Origin: a virus
Lineage: Duplodnaviria; Heunggongvirae; Uroviricota; Caudoviricetes
DNA: 64,000 nucleotides
IMG/VR virus record: IMGVR_UViG_3300025015_000009
Location: 128,001-192,000 of that record
Strand: one strand, 5' to 3'
The position numbers were made by a program, and so were the translations under genes. The notes under the pieces are model-generated. The model did no database searches, was not told the DNA's origin, and saw only the letters and a list, made by a program, of their open reading frames with translations. This document shows positions 34,252 through 44,775 of this stretch, piece by piece. Positions within the stretch are counted from its first letter, which is position 1, and the number at the start of each line of letters is the position of its first letter.

Positions 34252-37200
34252 TTACATCAACTTAATTGCACCTGGGTTCTTTAAGCGAATCGGTATGTAA
34301 ATAAATTCAACAGCTTTCATTGGTTCGATGGCCACGTCGCAATATAATTCGTTTCTAGCAATTCGATCTGAAGTGTTATTCGATTCATCGCAAATTACTA
34401 AGAAGTCATATATACCGCGTTTAGCAATCAAATCGTTAAACACGCTGCCAACAATTGCCTTAAACTCTTTACGGGTTTGTGCATCATTTGGTTCGAACAA
34501 GAACGCATCGCCCGCATGTCCAAGCACTAAACGAATGTAGTTAACTAGTCTTGCTACGTTAACGCGATCCATTGCACTTGCAAACGGGTTACGGGTCTTC
34601 TGTCCCCACACAACTAGACCGATATTCGGAAGAATTGTTAATGGGTTAATACGCATCGTATACAGTGCATCTCGCAATCCATGATTAATACCATTACGCT
34701 GGAATGCACCTGTTGCTACGTCAACAACACCGATATCCGATGCGTTGTCTATCAGTCCACGACGCATACCTGCAGGAGCAAACCACATGTAAGATACGTT
34801 ATCGTTACGAATCATTGTACGCAACATTACATGGCTCGGTGGCATTACGATGGTATTTCCTTGCAAGTCGTTTGTTAATGCGCTTGGGTAGTAAATACCT
34901 AAATATGGATCAGCTGTCGACATTCCATCTCCGTTTGTATTCTCAGACCAATTCGTCAAATCAATGATATTTGGTTTTAAGAACAGCGGAGTATCACCGA
35001 TAACAAACGCAGTATTCTTACGATCGTTGTTAAGTGCAACCATATTTGGAATTAGTTCTGGATATCCTGGGCAAGCAATCAGGTTAAACTGGAATGCTTC
35101 TTCACGAATCTGATCGTTACCATCTACTGCTGCTTTCAGCGCCTTAATAACCATTGCTCGTTGTGCGTGATGACCAGCGTTCATTGCCCCATTGTTATTA
35201 AGCCCAGATGCTGTTAACCAAGTGCCTTTTTCTGTTGGCAACGTGTTGTTGTCGAATGCGTCTGGGAATGCTTCGTCGCTGAAGTAATCAACAACATATC
35301 GTTTAACGTTGAATCCGCTTCGGCGTGTATTAAACAGCAACGTGCCTCTTGGATACAACCTGTAATCCGGGCAATCTAGATCAACATAGTTACTTGCCAA
35401 CAGGTCCGTAGTTAATACTTTTGGTGAACCGATCGGATCAACTGTGCCTGTTGTGTCCCAGCGAGCATCTGCAAACACAATACCGTTTTGGGTAAAACGA
35501 TCTGCATTATCAATTGGAACCCATTTTCCTGCCAATGAATATCTAGCAAGTTTAGGGAAATGTTCTAGATCTAATGTATCCAGCCATAAATCGCCTGCAA
35601 CAAGAGCAGTACCATCAGACTGTGTTACTGGTGCGCCGGCGGACATAATAACCCCGTTCGGATCTGTTCCGACTAAGTTATAGCCCCGTGCGTCTAGGCT
35701 GACCGTATTATACCCTTTCCATCCACCAACACCATTAACCATGATGTCAACTTCAAGCGGGTTGTTAAAGTACCACAATGTGCCATCTGCTGGTGCAGTA
35801 TATGGGCGGGACTGTGACACAGTAAAGCTAAACTCAGCAAAACCATTGACCATCATCTCACCAGTCTGCACGTTGTAATACACACCAAGTGATGAGGTAG
35901 TGATACCAACAGTGTTAAGCGGTGTCCCGGTTAGATCTTTAAGTGCAACAACTCCGCCGTAGTTATGAGTAATAGTTATTGTTTTAGCAGTAGCATTATA
36001 GCTTGCACTCACTTCTGGGATTCCTGCAGATAAGATAGATGTAACCAGGTTAGTCACTGCTGTTCCAGAGATCGGCACAGTAGTATAAGTTAGCGTTGAT
36101 TCTCCAAATTTTGTGTAACCCAATGAGAAAGTATTTCCCGACACCAACACGGTACCAGTTTGAATCACATCTGATGTAACTGATGTTTTACCTTGCACTG
36201 TTCTAATCATCGGTAGATATTCTAATCCACGGAGTGTATATCCAGTCATCAGGAACAACGAACCCGCCACAATTCCTGCGCCGCCGCCTGCTGGATCCAT
36301 ACTTGCAATAGCCGATTCTGCATTTCTAAACATCGGAGTTGCTTTTGTAACCCAAGTGTCAGTGTCAGATACATATTGTTTCATAACTACATTTGCGCCG
36401 TTACCGATTGCGCCTGTTTTAATCCATACGCTGCCAGTCGGACGTGCATTGTCGCTGAAGCTTTCCCAGTCTGGGATGTTCACATACGAGTTTACTACTT
36501 CGATTACGCTATTATACGTATCGGCAGTAATACCAGCTGTTGTTAAAGGAGTACCCAAGACGTTTGCAATTGCAATTTTTCCGTCTGCTACTGTTCCGTT
36601 TGATGCAGAAGTAGCAATCGCATAAAGAAACAATCGTCCGTTTCTCATTGATGCAGTTACTCCTGTTATTGCTGCTGCAAGAATATCATTGACCACTGAA
36701 GCCACAGTCGATCCTGTTAGGATGACTTCTGTTGTGTTAATAGAAATCTTATCACCGATTGTAAATGTTGGTGACGACACTGTTCCGCTGACAGTCGGGT
36801 GCGCTCGTTGCCAGTCGATACTGCCTACCCGAACCCAGGCGTTGTCGGTCCGTTTGTAGAACAAGTGATTCTCAACGTCTGTCATAACAATCGCATACGT
36901 GCCGATCAACCCGATTGATTCTTTTGGATAACTCACTATTCCCACCAGAACAGTATCGTCGAGTGAAGTAATCAGTTCTGGAACTTTATTTGTAAACGAT
37001 TGTGTTGTTGCGTTCCATTCGTAGATACCCCATGTGGTTTCTGTTGTGTCTAACCAGTATGTTCCGTTTGCTGGATCCTTAACTGGACGACCAGCTGATC
37101 CAATTAGTTGGGTTGTGTCGATGTCGGCGCGAACAACAAATGACCTATTAGATACACCCAATGCACTGTACGCTGCCATTAATCCATATTCGTTTAGTTC

Positions 37201-37455
37201 GTGACCGTGAATCGGTGTTCCCGCGGCTGTTTGTCTAAACGTCGGATAACCGAAGCTAGTAATCAATTCGCGTTGGCTAGTTACTGCTTGTAGTTTTCCT
37301 GCTACATTCTTAAGGGTACCTGACCCAAGGATATTATTAAACTTCTTGTTTTCTTCTGTTGCAATGATTACCAGTGGAACAGTTCCTATCGACGTTGGTA
37401 GGTACGCACTGTCGTCTGTTACGGTAATCTCTAAACCTGGGGATACTAAGGCCAT
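34252..37455 (-). CDS. gp18: Contractile tail sheath protein
   Basis: MALVSPGLEI, WFAPAG..RG, RVNVARL, FEPND, CDESNNT. Confidence 0.95.
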   Translation of the reverse strand: MALVSPGLEITVTDDSAYLPTSIGTVPLVIIATEENKKFNNILGSGTLKNVAGKLQAVTSQRELITSFGYPTFRQTAAGTPIHGHELNEYGLMAAYSALGVSNRSFVVRADIDTTQLIGSAGRPVKDPANGTYWLDTTETTWGIYEWNATTQSFTNKVPELITSLDDTVLVGIVSYPKESIGLIGTYAIVMTDVENHLFYKRTDNAWVRVGSIDWQRAHPTVSGTVSSPTFTIGDKISINTTEVILTGSTVASVVNDILAAAITGVTASMRNGRLFLYAIATSASNGTVADGKIAIANVLGTPLTTAGITADTYNSVIEVVNSYVNIPDWESFSDNARPTGSVWIKTGAIGNGANVVMKQYVSDTDTWVTKATPMFRNAESAIASMDPAGGGAGIVAGSLFLMTGYTLRGLEYLPMIRTVQGKTSVTSDVIQTGTVLVSGNTFSLGYTKFGESTLTYTTVPISGTAVTNLVTSILSAGIPEVSASYNATAKTITITHNYGGVVALKDLTGTPLNTVGITTSSLGVYYNVQTGEMMVNGFAEFSFTVSQSRPYTAPADGTLWYFNNPLEVDIMVNGVGGWKGYNTVSLDARGYNLVGTDPNGVIMSAGAPVTQSDGTALVAGDLWLDTLDLEHFPKLARYSLAGKWVPIDNADRFTQNGIVFADARWDTTGTVDPIGSPKVLTTDLLASNYVDLDCPDYRLYPRGTLLFNTRRSGFNVKRYVVDYFSDEAFPDAFDNNTLPTEKGTWLTASGLNNNGAMNAGHHAQRAMVIKALKAAVDGNDQIREEAFQFNLIACPGYPELIPNMVALNNDRKNTAFVIGDTPLFLKPNIIDLTNWSENTNGDGMSTADPYLGIYYPSALTNDLQGNTIVMPPSHVMLRTMIRNDNVSYMWFAPAGMRRGLIDNASDIGVVDVATGAFQRNGINHGLRDALYTMRINPLTILPNIGLVVWGQKTRNPFASAMDRVNVARLVNYIRLVLGHAGDAFLFEPNDAQTRKEFKAIVGSVFNDLIAKRGIYDFLVICDESNNTSDRIARNELYCDVAIEPMKAVEFIYIPIRLKNPGAIKLM

Positions 37456-37610
37456 TATATTTCTCCTGTTAAATAATCACTTCAAACACACATCTGAAGT
37501 AAGTTAAAAATATTTATCAAAGTTTGGTTAAAAAGGTGACCTTACGACGATATTCTATCAGTATTTTTTTAATTTAATGCCCTTAATAAGGGCAATCAAT
37601 AAATATTGGT

Positions 37611-38447
37611 ATGAACACATTTTACGTCTACCAATATTTACGAAGTTCCGACAATACGCCGTATTATATCGGTAAAGGTAAAGACTTACGATATATAAGT
37701 AAACAACACAGTATATCTGTTCCAAAGGATACCAGTAAAATAGAAATTATTGCAGAAGGTCTACTCGATTCCGAAGCTAGAGAATTAGAAATGCAATTAA
37801 TCAAAGAATATGGTAGGAAAAATAATGGTACAGGTATTTTACGAAATTTAACCGATGGTGGAGAGGGTAGATCCAGCAAAAACTGTCCATTTGCTGCTGA
37901 GAAAAAACAAAACATATTAAGAGCAAAAACTCTTCGCGCAGAAAAAAAGAGATTAAAAGAATTAGAAACTATTACAAAAAAAGAAAATAAATGTAACAAG
38001 AGAAAACAAAAAGAACTCGATTGTATTGCAAAAAAAGAAGCTCGTGCTCAACTTGCTAAACAAAAACTCGATAATACTAAACAAAAACAACATATTGTTA
38101 TTAAAAAACAAGAAAAGGTAACGTGTCCTGTTTGTAACAAGAGGCCGGTTGGTGTAAACCTAATCCGTAACGGAAAAACGTATTACCGTAAAAGGTGTGA
38201 TTGGTGTATCTATAACAAGAAGCATCTTAGACCTGTTGTATCAAATTGGGTCAAAACTGGGTACAAGAAAAAACCACATTGTGAGAAATGTGGTTTCGTA
38301 GCAAAACTAAAAGAACAGTTAGTAGTTGCTTATCTGGACGGGAACATAGAAAACGGCGACTCGTTCAACTTAAAAACAATATGTCAGAACTGTCGCATCG
38401 AAGTCGAGAAAGGTGCGTTACCGTGGCAATTTAGTAGCGTCGGCTAA
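37611..38447 (+). CDS. GIY-YIG domain fused to a Zn-ribbon/HNH-like domain
   Basis: FYVYQY..PYYIGKG..R..E..LRNLTDGGEG; C-terminal CPVC, CEKCGF, NLKTICQNC. Confidence 0.75.
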   Translation: MNTFYVYQYLRSSDNTPYYIGKGKDLRYISKQHSISVPKDTSKIEIIAEGLLDSEARELEMQLIKEYGRKNNGTGILRNLTDGGEGRSSKNCPFAAEKKQNILRAKTLRAEKKRLKELETITKKENKCNKRKQKELDCIAKKEARAQLAKQKLDNTKQKQHIVIKKQEKVTCPVCNKRPVGVNLIRNGKTYYRKRCDWCIYNKKHLRPVVSNWVKTGYKKKPHCEKCGFVAKLKEQLVVAYLDGNIENGDSFNLKTICQNCRIEVEKGALPWQFSSVG

Positions 38448-39056
38448 TATACGATCTACTTTCTCATATAAGGTATCTATAGTATCGTTGTTATCGATCG
38501 TATAATCAAATGCAGTATTAATCCAGGCGTATTCTGACGTATGCACCCCTGCTTCTTTCATCTTACTAATTGAGTGATCGTCACCATTAGCTGCTAACTT
38601 GGCAACTGGTACCCAATTTGGTTCGTGACCTCGTTTAACCTGGACCGAACAAGCATTGCTATCTTTTAACGCAATCCTCTCGTTCGGATATCTACAGTCT
38701 GTAATCACAATGTTTGCATTACCTAGCTTGCGTAGCTTGTTCTCTATTGCAAGTATCCAGATGCTGTCACAGAAGTGACATCTGAGCACATCGGTACCGA
38801 TGTATTGCAATGCAAATCTCGGAGTAAAGTTAGGAATTTGTAGTTTTTCTGCCCACCAATGGTCGATTTCTTCTCGCCATTGTCTACTGTGTTGTGTATC
38901 ACCTTCGAGTAAGGATCGGTCCCAGTTAAACATAACTGCTATTATGTCTTTGAGCGTTGCTGCAAACGACAGTTTAGTAAATCCGTGTTGAGTAACTAAG
39001 TAGTTACCGACGGTGTCTTTGCCTGATGAGATAAATCCAGAAATTAGTATAATCAT
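38418..39056 (-). CDS. Deoxynucleoside monophosphate kinase (T4 gp1-like)
   Basis: SGFISSGKDT, SFAATLKD, TPRFALQYIGTD, DCRYPNE, HTSE. Confidence 0.92.
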   Translation of the reverse strand: MIILISGFISSGKDTVGNYLVTQHGFTKLSFAATLKDIIAVMFNWDRSLLEGDTQHSRQWREEIDHWWAEKLQIPNFTPRFALQYIGTDVLRCHFCDSIWILAIENKLRKLGNANIVITDCRYPNERIALKDSNACSVQVKRGHEPNWVPVAKLAANGDDHSISKMKEAGVHTSEYAWINTAFDYTIDNNDTIDTLYEKVDRILADATKLPR

Positions 39057-39108
39057 AGTAAAGTTACTATAGCAACATTACTGGGTGTACACTACTGTTT
39101 CGGTGAAA

Positions 39109-39432
39109 TTACTTGCTTTTTCTTTGAGAGTTAACAGGAGATAGATTATTTGCAGGTGTTGTATGCAACTTATCTTTTATTACTGTTTTGTTATGCTGTC
39201 CTACTAATGCAAGTGCTTTATTAATTATCGCATCTTCTGCTGGTGACTGCGAAATTACTATCATCTTTTCTCCGTATTCGCTCGAAGCGTCACATTTTTC
39301 TTTGTTCTGTTCTTGAGCGCCGGCGGCGGCCATTGCAACACCAAACCGATATTGTAAGTACGGGTCTTGACTCTGCAACCCTGGGATTGCATATGTAGTT
39401 GTTTGTTCAGTTATAAATTCAGTTGCTCTCAT
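39109..39432 (-). CDS. Hypothetical protein with capsid-targeting-like N-terminus
   Basis: MRATEFITE. Confidence 0.65.
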   Translation of the reverse strand: MRATEFITEQTTTYAIPGLQSQDPYLQYRFGVAMAAAGAQEQNKEKCDASSEYGEKMIVISQSPAEDAIINKALALVGQHNKTVIKDKLHTTPANNLSPVNSQRKSK

Positions 39433-39435
39433 AAT

Positions 39436-40233
39436 TTATCCGACCACAAAAGTAAGAGGAGAAGAACCATCTGCATAATGCCGGAGTTCGTCGATAAGGC
39501 CGTCCATGAGCTCCTTGCCTTCTGTTTTCAACGCGGTTCCGTTTAGTTGTCCGCCTCCTTGTGGGCCCGAGATCGACGCAAACTTTTCTCTTGCTTCACC
39601 TAGCATGTGTTTGGCTAAACCATACGCATAATCTTGAACCCACGGAAAGATCATCGGGTCGTTTAACAGCACTTGATCACTTTTATACAGGTATGCCCAC
39701 AAAACAACTTCTTCTCCATCAACCGGAATCTTCCTATTAATAGATAACACTTTTGTTGCTGGGTTAAAAGTAAAAGTAACATATCCGCCGAACATCGTCA
39801 TTGCTTGCTTTTGATACTGTGCATATAACTCGTAGTTCACTAATCCGCCAACTCGCCCGGCGGCCAGCATATACGTATTCAGAAAGCCTGCGGAGAACGG
39901 CTCGAACGATGTTGCTGTATTCCCTGTCACTGACCCGACTCCACGCCTGAACACTTGCCTAACAGTCATCACTTCGGGTGGTAGAATGTAATCTGCTGTA
40001 TCTGCTGTTAAGGTGAGAAAGACGTACCCTTCTTCATGGGCAGCTTGAGAGATTTGTCTATACTTTAGCATGGCTTGATTGATCGACTGAGCGTAATGCA
40101 CCGGGTCGAGCTCAACGTCAACCATCTCGTCGCCTAACCTGAATCTAATGTAATCAACGATGCTATGCTTTGTTGCAGAATCGATCGCTAATGTAGTAGG
40201 TGTTGTGATGCTAGTAGATCCGATTGTTGGCAT
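39436..40233 (-). CDS. gp13: Neck protein, gp13-like
   Basis: YIRFRLG..VDVELD, W..DYA..LAK..LG..R.KF, GG.QLNG. Confidence 0.85.
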   Translation of the reverse strand: MPTIGSTSITTPTTLAIDSATKHSIVDYIRFRLGDEMVDVELDPVHYAQSINQAMLKYRQISQAAHEEGYVFLTLTADTADYILPPEVMTVRQVFRRGVGSVTGNTATSFEPFSAGFLNTYMLAAGRVGGLVNYELYAQYQKQAMTMFGGYVTFTFNPATKVLSINRKIPVDGEEVVLWAYLYKSDQVLLNDPMIFPWVQDYAYGLAKHMLGEAREKFASISGPQGGGQLNGTALKTEGKELMDGLIDELRHYADGSSPLTFVVG

Positions 40234-40258
40234 ATATGTCTCTCAGTGTTATTATTTA

Positions 40259-41452
40259 TCACTGGACCTTAAGCAACACCACCTCGTCGGCTATTCTTCC
40301 TGTTAGCTTCGTTTCTATCGCTTTAATATTTTTCATGAATGTTCGGAGTTGAACCTTCCCTGCTTTTTGTAACTCACGTAGCGTTTCGTCTGGCTTCCGC
40401 AGAGTTTTGCTCACACTCTTCATTGGGTCGTACCCTGTAATAGTTGTTCCTTTAACCCCGAGTACACCGAATGCAGAGTCCGCTACGTACACCCCAAGTT
40501 TCCGTGTTTTTGTGTTATAACACCACAACTCAACAGAGCCAATTATAGACACAGGGCTGATACTTGCAATCTTTAACGCTGGAAACTCTTTCATGTACTT
40601 CATTTTAGAAACCAACTTTTCTTTGTTGACTGGTTTCTTAACTCTTGCTTTCTTTAAGGTTTTCTTTAGGTTACCGTACGTATCTAAATCAGCTTGAATG
40701 CTATCTAAATATGCAACAATCCGTTTAATGTCTTTTTTAGACAAGAAACTATATGACTCAGTTAATTGGTCGCAGGACCCACTGGCGGCCTCAACTAGCT
40801 CGTTCTTATATCCAGCTATTGTAGACGACACTTTTCCTAGAAACGCATAAGGAACGGTGCTCGCTGTTAGGTGCTCGTAGACGTTCAACTCTGGTACTTT
40901 ATTGTGCGTTACTAAATCAATCTGATGATCTATTTCTCCGATAACAATCGAGACCTTTTCACGCATTCGATCTTGAATTGTAGGTTTATACCCAGTTGTT
41001 ACTTTTGTTTCTGTCACTGGTTCTTTCTGAGACGCACTGTTTATTACCCGCGCTACCGCGTTTAGAATATACTGTTTATGCGGTTCTTTAAGAGGCATAC
41101 CAACCGACTGTGCTTTTAGTAAACTGCACACTGTAATCGGAGTATCCGAGTCTGGCGCCGTTTTGTATACTGCGATGTCAGCAGCGGTCACATCTGAGTG
41201 ATCTTCTAACCAAGCAATTACGTATTTTTTAAGATCTTTTACTGAAAAGAAATAGTTGTAGTAATTAAGACTTTTCATTAAAAGCCGATCAAACTCTTTG
41301 TTGTCTAGTGCAAGTGCTCGTTCTGTGTCCCAGTTAGGCTCAGATCCGAGGAACTTCTCGTCCTCAGAGATCGAAGACCGCAACGATTGAGGTTTTTTCT
41401 TAGTAACAGGTTTAATTGATATCTTTTTTGGTTTATCTGACTTTGCACTCAT
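40259..41452 (-). CDS. Hypothetical phage protein
   Basis: 397-aa basic ORF; no motif recognised. Confidence 0.7.
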   Translation of the reverse strand: MSAKSDKPKKISIKPVTKKKPQSLRSSISEDEKFLGSEPNWDTERALALDNKEFDRLLMKSLNYYNYFFSVKDLKKYVIAWLEDHSDVTAADIAVYKTAPDSDTPITVCSLLKAQSVGMPLKEPHKQYILNAVARVINSASQKEPVTETKVTTGYKPTIQDRMREKVSIVIGEIDHQIDLVTHNKVPELNVYEHLTASTVPYAFLGKVSSTIAGYKNELVEAASGSCDQLTESYSFLSKKDIKRIVAYLDSIQADLDTYGNLKKTLKKARVKKPVNKEKLVSKMKYMKEFPALKIASISPVSIIGSVELWCYNTKTRKLGVYVADSAFGVLGVKGTTITGYDPMKSVSKTLRKPDETLRELQKAGKVQLRTFMKNIKAIETKLTGRIADEVVLLKVQ

Positions 41453-41466
41453 TTAATGTCCTTTGT

Positions 41467-41727
41467 TTATTTTGAGCATAATACAGCGAAGAAGGTAATT
41501 GACTCGAATTCTTCGATTCTAGTGTTAATCAATGATAGTAACTCTATTGTCTGCCGTGTACTAACTTTTCTTTCTCTGCGAGCAATCACTTCTGCTTTAC
41601 TTAACTCGGTAACCAATTTGTCAATTGCATCGAGCATTCGAATTCCATCTCTGCGTGGTAGCAACTTAACTACAACTCTATACAGTTGTTCTCTTTTAAC
41701 CGAGTAATCGAGCGATGATGTTATCAT
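41467..41727 (-). CDS. Hypothetical protein
   Basis: 86-aa helical ORF, co-oriented with its neighbour. Confidence 0.6.
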   Translation of the reverse strand: MITSSLDYSVKREQLYRVVVKLLPRRDGIRMLDAIDKLVTELSKAEVIARRERKVSTRQTIELLSLINTRIEEFESITFFAVLCSK

Positions 41728-41806
41728 AATGTACTATATTAACACCAAACATCAAACAAGTCAACCAGGCTGCTAATATAAATACATAACACCCAGGAGA
41801 CGTATT

Positions 41807-42925
41807 TTGGCTAGATTAAGCATGTGGCGAGAAAAGAAGACCTTTGATTACAAATTCATCGACAAGAGAATCGCTGAGATGTATCAAGTCGGTGGGGTGG
41901 GAATACATATTCATAAATATCTGGGGCCGTCTAACACTGGGCCCAGCAGCGATGCAACGCAGCCGCAAATAATCAATCCTACAGAACGCAGCATTCAAGA
42001 TCTTCTCTTTATGGAAAACAGAGACAGGGTATACGACACTACTATATATAACCTTCGTGGCGTATACACAAAGGCAGACCAGGACTTTGATCTTAGCCAA
42101 TTTGGGTTATTTTTGTCATCTGGTACAATGTTTGTTACTTTTCCTCTCAACGACATGGTCCGTATATTGGGTCGGTCTATTATGGCAGGTGATGTACTCG
42201 AGTTACAAAATCTTCAAGATGATTACGCAGATATATCAGACGTCCCTGCGTCGCTGAAGCGATACTACGTTGCATCTGATTGTTCATGGCCAGCAGAGGG
42301 GTTTTCGCCTATCTGGTACCCGCACCTGTGGCGAGTTAAATTAAGCCCATTGGTAGACTCTCAAGAATACAAGGGCTTGTTAGATAGTATCAAGGCAGGT
42401 AATGTTGGTACTCCTGTTAGTTCAGTGATTAGCCAACTCGATACATATTTAAACATTAACGAGGCGATTGTAGAACAAGCCAACAACGACGTACCAATGA
42501 GTGGGTATGACAATACAAAACTCTACACTACCTTTAAGGGTGCCGACATGCCCGGAGAGGGAATAGAACTAACAAACGAGGATGTTATAACTCCTAGGAA
42601 AGGTGATTGGGACGGGTACTTAACTGGGGATGGTTTAGCCCCCAACGGATATCCAGTTACGTCAGGCATTACTTTTCCAATTAACCCTGGTTTCGGAGAT
42701 TACCATTTAAGGTTAGACTACTTGCCTAATAGGCTATTTCGATATGACGGAGTCAGGTGGAATAAAGTAGAAGATGTTCAACGCACCAGCCTTAACCGTG
42801 GTCCAGAGAACAAGTCGCTTAAGAGTTCGTTTGTTAACAACCAGCAAACATTCGTCGATAACGACGGGACAGTGCAACCCGAGTTGCAAGCATTGTCTGA
42901 GATACTAAAAGCTCGACCGAGCTAA
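41807..42925 (+). CDS. gp14: Neck/head closure protein, gp14-like
   Basis: DLLFMENRDR, LSQFGLF, GDVLEL; precedes gp15. Confidence 0.7.
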   Translation: MARLSMWREKKTFDYKFIDKRIAEMYQVGGVGIHIHKYLGPSNTGPSSDATQPQIINPTERSIQDLLFMENRDRVYDTTIYNLRGVYTKADQDFDLSQFGLFLSSGTMFVTFPLNDMVRILGRSIMAGDVLELQNLQDDYADISDVPASLKRYYVASDCSWPAEGFSPIWYPHLWRVKLSPLVDSQEYKGLLDSIKAGNVGTPVSSVISQLDTYLNINEAIVEQANNDVPMSGYDNTKLYTTFKGADMPGEGIELTNEDVITPRKGDWDGYLTGDGLAPNGYPVTSGITFPINPGFGDYHLRLDYLPNRLFRYDGVRWNKVEDVQRTSLNRGPENKSLKSSFVNNQQTFVDNDGTVQPELQALSEILKARPS

Positions 42926-42934
42926 AAGGAAAAC

Positions 42935-44356
42935 ATGAATCAATTTTTTTATACAGGACAGATTAGACGATTCTTAACACAGTTTGTTAGAGCTATGTCT
43001 GGCTTTCAGGTTGAGATCAGCAAGAATGCATTGGGCATATCAACCTACCAACAAATTCCAGTTATATATGGAGACTCTAGTAGGCAAGTGGCTCAGATTC
43101 TAAAAGGTAATACTGAGAACATGATGTCGTCGGTTCCAATGATGTCAATTTACATTACAAGTTTAACATACGATCGACCAAGGATATTGAACCCGTACCA
43201 CGTCGATAAAATACACATAAAAGAGCGACAGTATAACGAAGAGACAAACGAATGGTCTGAAAATAGAGGCGATTCGTTTACCGTAGAACGGTTAATGCCA
43301 GTACCATACAAGCTAGGATTAAAGCTAGATATCTGGTCCAGTAGCACAGATCAAAAATTGCAAATCGTCGAGCAGATATCAACTCTATTTAACCCTGAGC
43401 TAGAAATTCAGAACACCGACAATTTCTTAGACTGGACTAGCTTGTCGGCCATATTCCTAAACGACATTGTTTGGTCTTCTAGGAACGTCCCAATGGGTGC
43501 CGATGACTCGATCGACGTTGCTACGATGACATTCGAATTACCAATTTGGCTAAGCACTCCTGCAAAAGTTAAAAAGCTCGGTGTTATACAAAAAGTTATA
43601 TCAGACATATACGACGTAACTGGCGCAACTGATAACTTAACTCCTGGCAGCTTATCTCCGGATATACTAGACTTAGCAAATAGTACAGTGTTGACTCGTA
43701 GGTTCTTAACCCCAATGGGTGTGCATTTACTTTACTTAGGCAACACGCTCAGGTTACTCAAAGAGTCAGATGCAGTGTTAACAAACAACACAATAAACAC
43801 CCCCATCAACGACCCGAACGTAAGGCCTACTTCTTGGCAAGAGCTAATGAACATGTACGGTGAGCTGGTAAACGGAGTAACCCAGATCCGGTTATTCCAA
43901 GAAGGGACTGGTACCGAAGTTATCGGTACTGTTGCATACCACCCAACCGATCCGTTGCTGCTACTATTTTCACCGTTCCTTGATACTCTTCCTGTTAATT
44001 CGGTGCCTGCTATTAACGCAATAATCGACCCGTATACTGTGAATATTACTGCTACTATCTTGACCCCGACAGTCGGTTACCGATTTCTGATACTAGACGA
44101 CATAGGGTCTATATTAAACAGTGAAGGTGCGCTGGCCTGGAGAGGATCTGACAACGTAGACCTTGTTGCTAAAAAGAACGACATTATCGAATACAACGGG
44201 ACTCATTGGGTTGTTAGTTTTGTTGCGGCTGAGGCAACTGACATTAAATATGTTACGAACGCCACAACTGGTTCGCAATATAAACTAGAAAGCAACCAAT
44301 GGGTGAAGTCAGTAGAGGGTCATTATATAAACGGCAATTGGCGAATTGTTCTTTGA
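42935..44356 (+). CDS. gp15: Tail sheath stabilizer/terminator, gp15-like
   Basis: FFYTGQIRR, IPVIYG, MPVPYKL, QIVEQI...FNP. Confidence 0.85.
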   Translation: MNQFFYTGQIRRFLTQFVRAMSGFQVEISKNALGISTYQQIPVIYGDSSRQVAQILKGNTENMMSSVPMMSIYITSLTYDRPRILNPYHVDKIHIKERQYNEETNEWSENRGDSFTVERLMPVPYKLGLKLDIWSSSTDQKLQIVEQISTLFNPELEIQNTDNFLDWTSLSAIFLNDIVWSSRNVPMGADDSIDVATMTFELPIWLSTPAKVKKLGVIQKVISDIYDVTGATDNLTPGSLSPDILDLANSTVLTRRFLTPMGVHLLYLGNTLRLLKESDAVLTNNTINTPINDPNVRPTSWQELMNMYGELVNGVTQIRLFQEGTGTEVIGTVAYHPTDPLLLLFSPFLDTLPVNSVPAINAIIDPYTVNITATILTPTVGYRFLILDDIGSILNSEGALAWRGSDNVDLVAKKNDIIEYNGTHWVVSFVAAEATDIKYVTNATTGSQYKLESNQWVKSVEGHYINGNWRIVL

Positions 44357-44775
44357 AGCGAAGCCGAAATGCAGGGGCATTAATATATAGTACGTCGTCT
44401 AAGCGGTTTTTGTTCTTGCTTCGTGACTCGCTAAAAAAACATCGGAGCACCTGGGGACTAGTTGGTGGGAAGATCGAAAAAGACGAGCGACCGTTACAGG
44501 CTTTACTCCGTGAAGCAAAGGAAGAACTGTCTATAGACTTTAGTTACAACAAGATTGTTCCTATTGAAACGTTTACTAGCGAGCAGCTTTTTATTTATTA
44601 CACATTCTTGATAGTAGTTGATACTGAGTTTGTCCCCACTTTGAATTTAGAACATCGAGGATACGCATGGGTACATTTGGCTGATTACCCTACCCCGTTA
44701 CACCCAGGGGTTTGGAAAACATTTAACTTTAACGCAGTGATGGATAAGCTAGAAGTCGTTAAGAACCTGCTCTAA
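44353..44775 (+). CDS. Nudix hydrolase
   Basis: Nudix box GGKIEKDERPLQALLREAKEEL; TTG start overlapping the gp15 stop is inferred. Confidence 0.88.
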   Translation: MKRSRNAGALIYSTSSKRFLFLLRDSLKKHRSTWGLVGGKIEKDERPLQALLREAKEELSIDFSYNKIVPIETFTSEQLFIYYTFLIVVDTEFVPTLNLEHRGYAWVHLADYPTPLHPGVWKTFNFNAVMDKLEVVKNLL

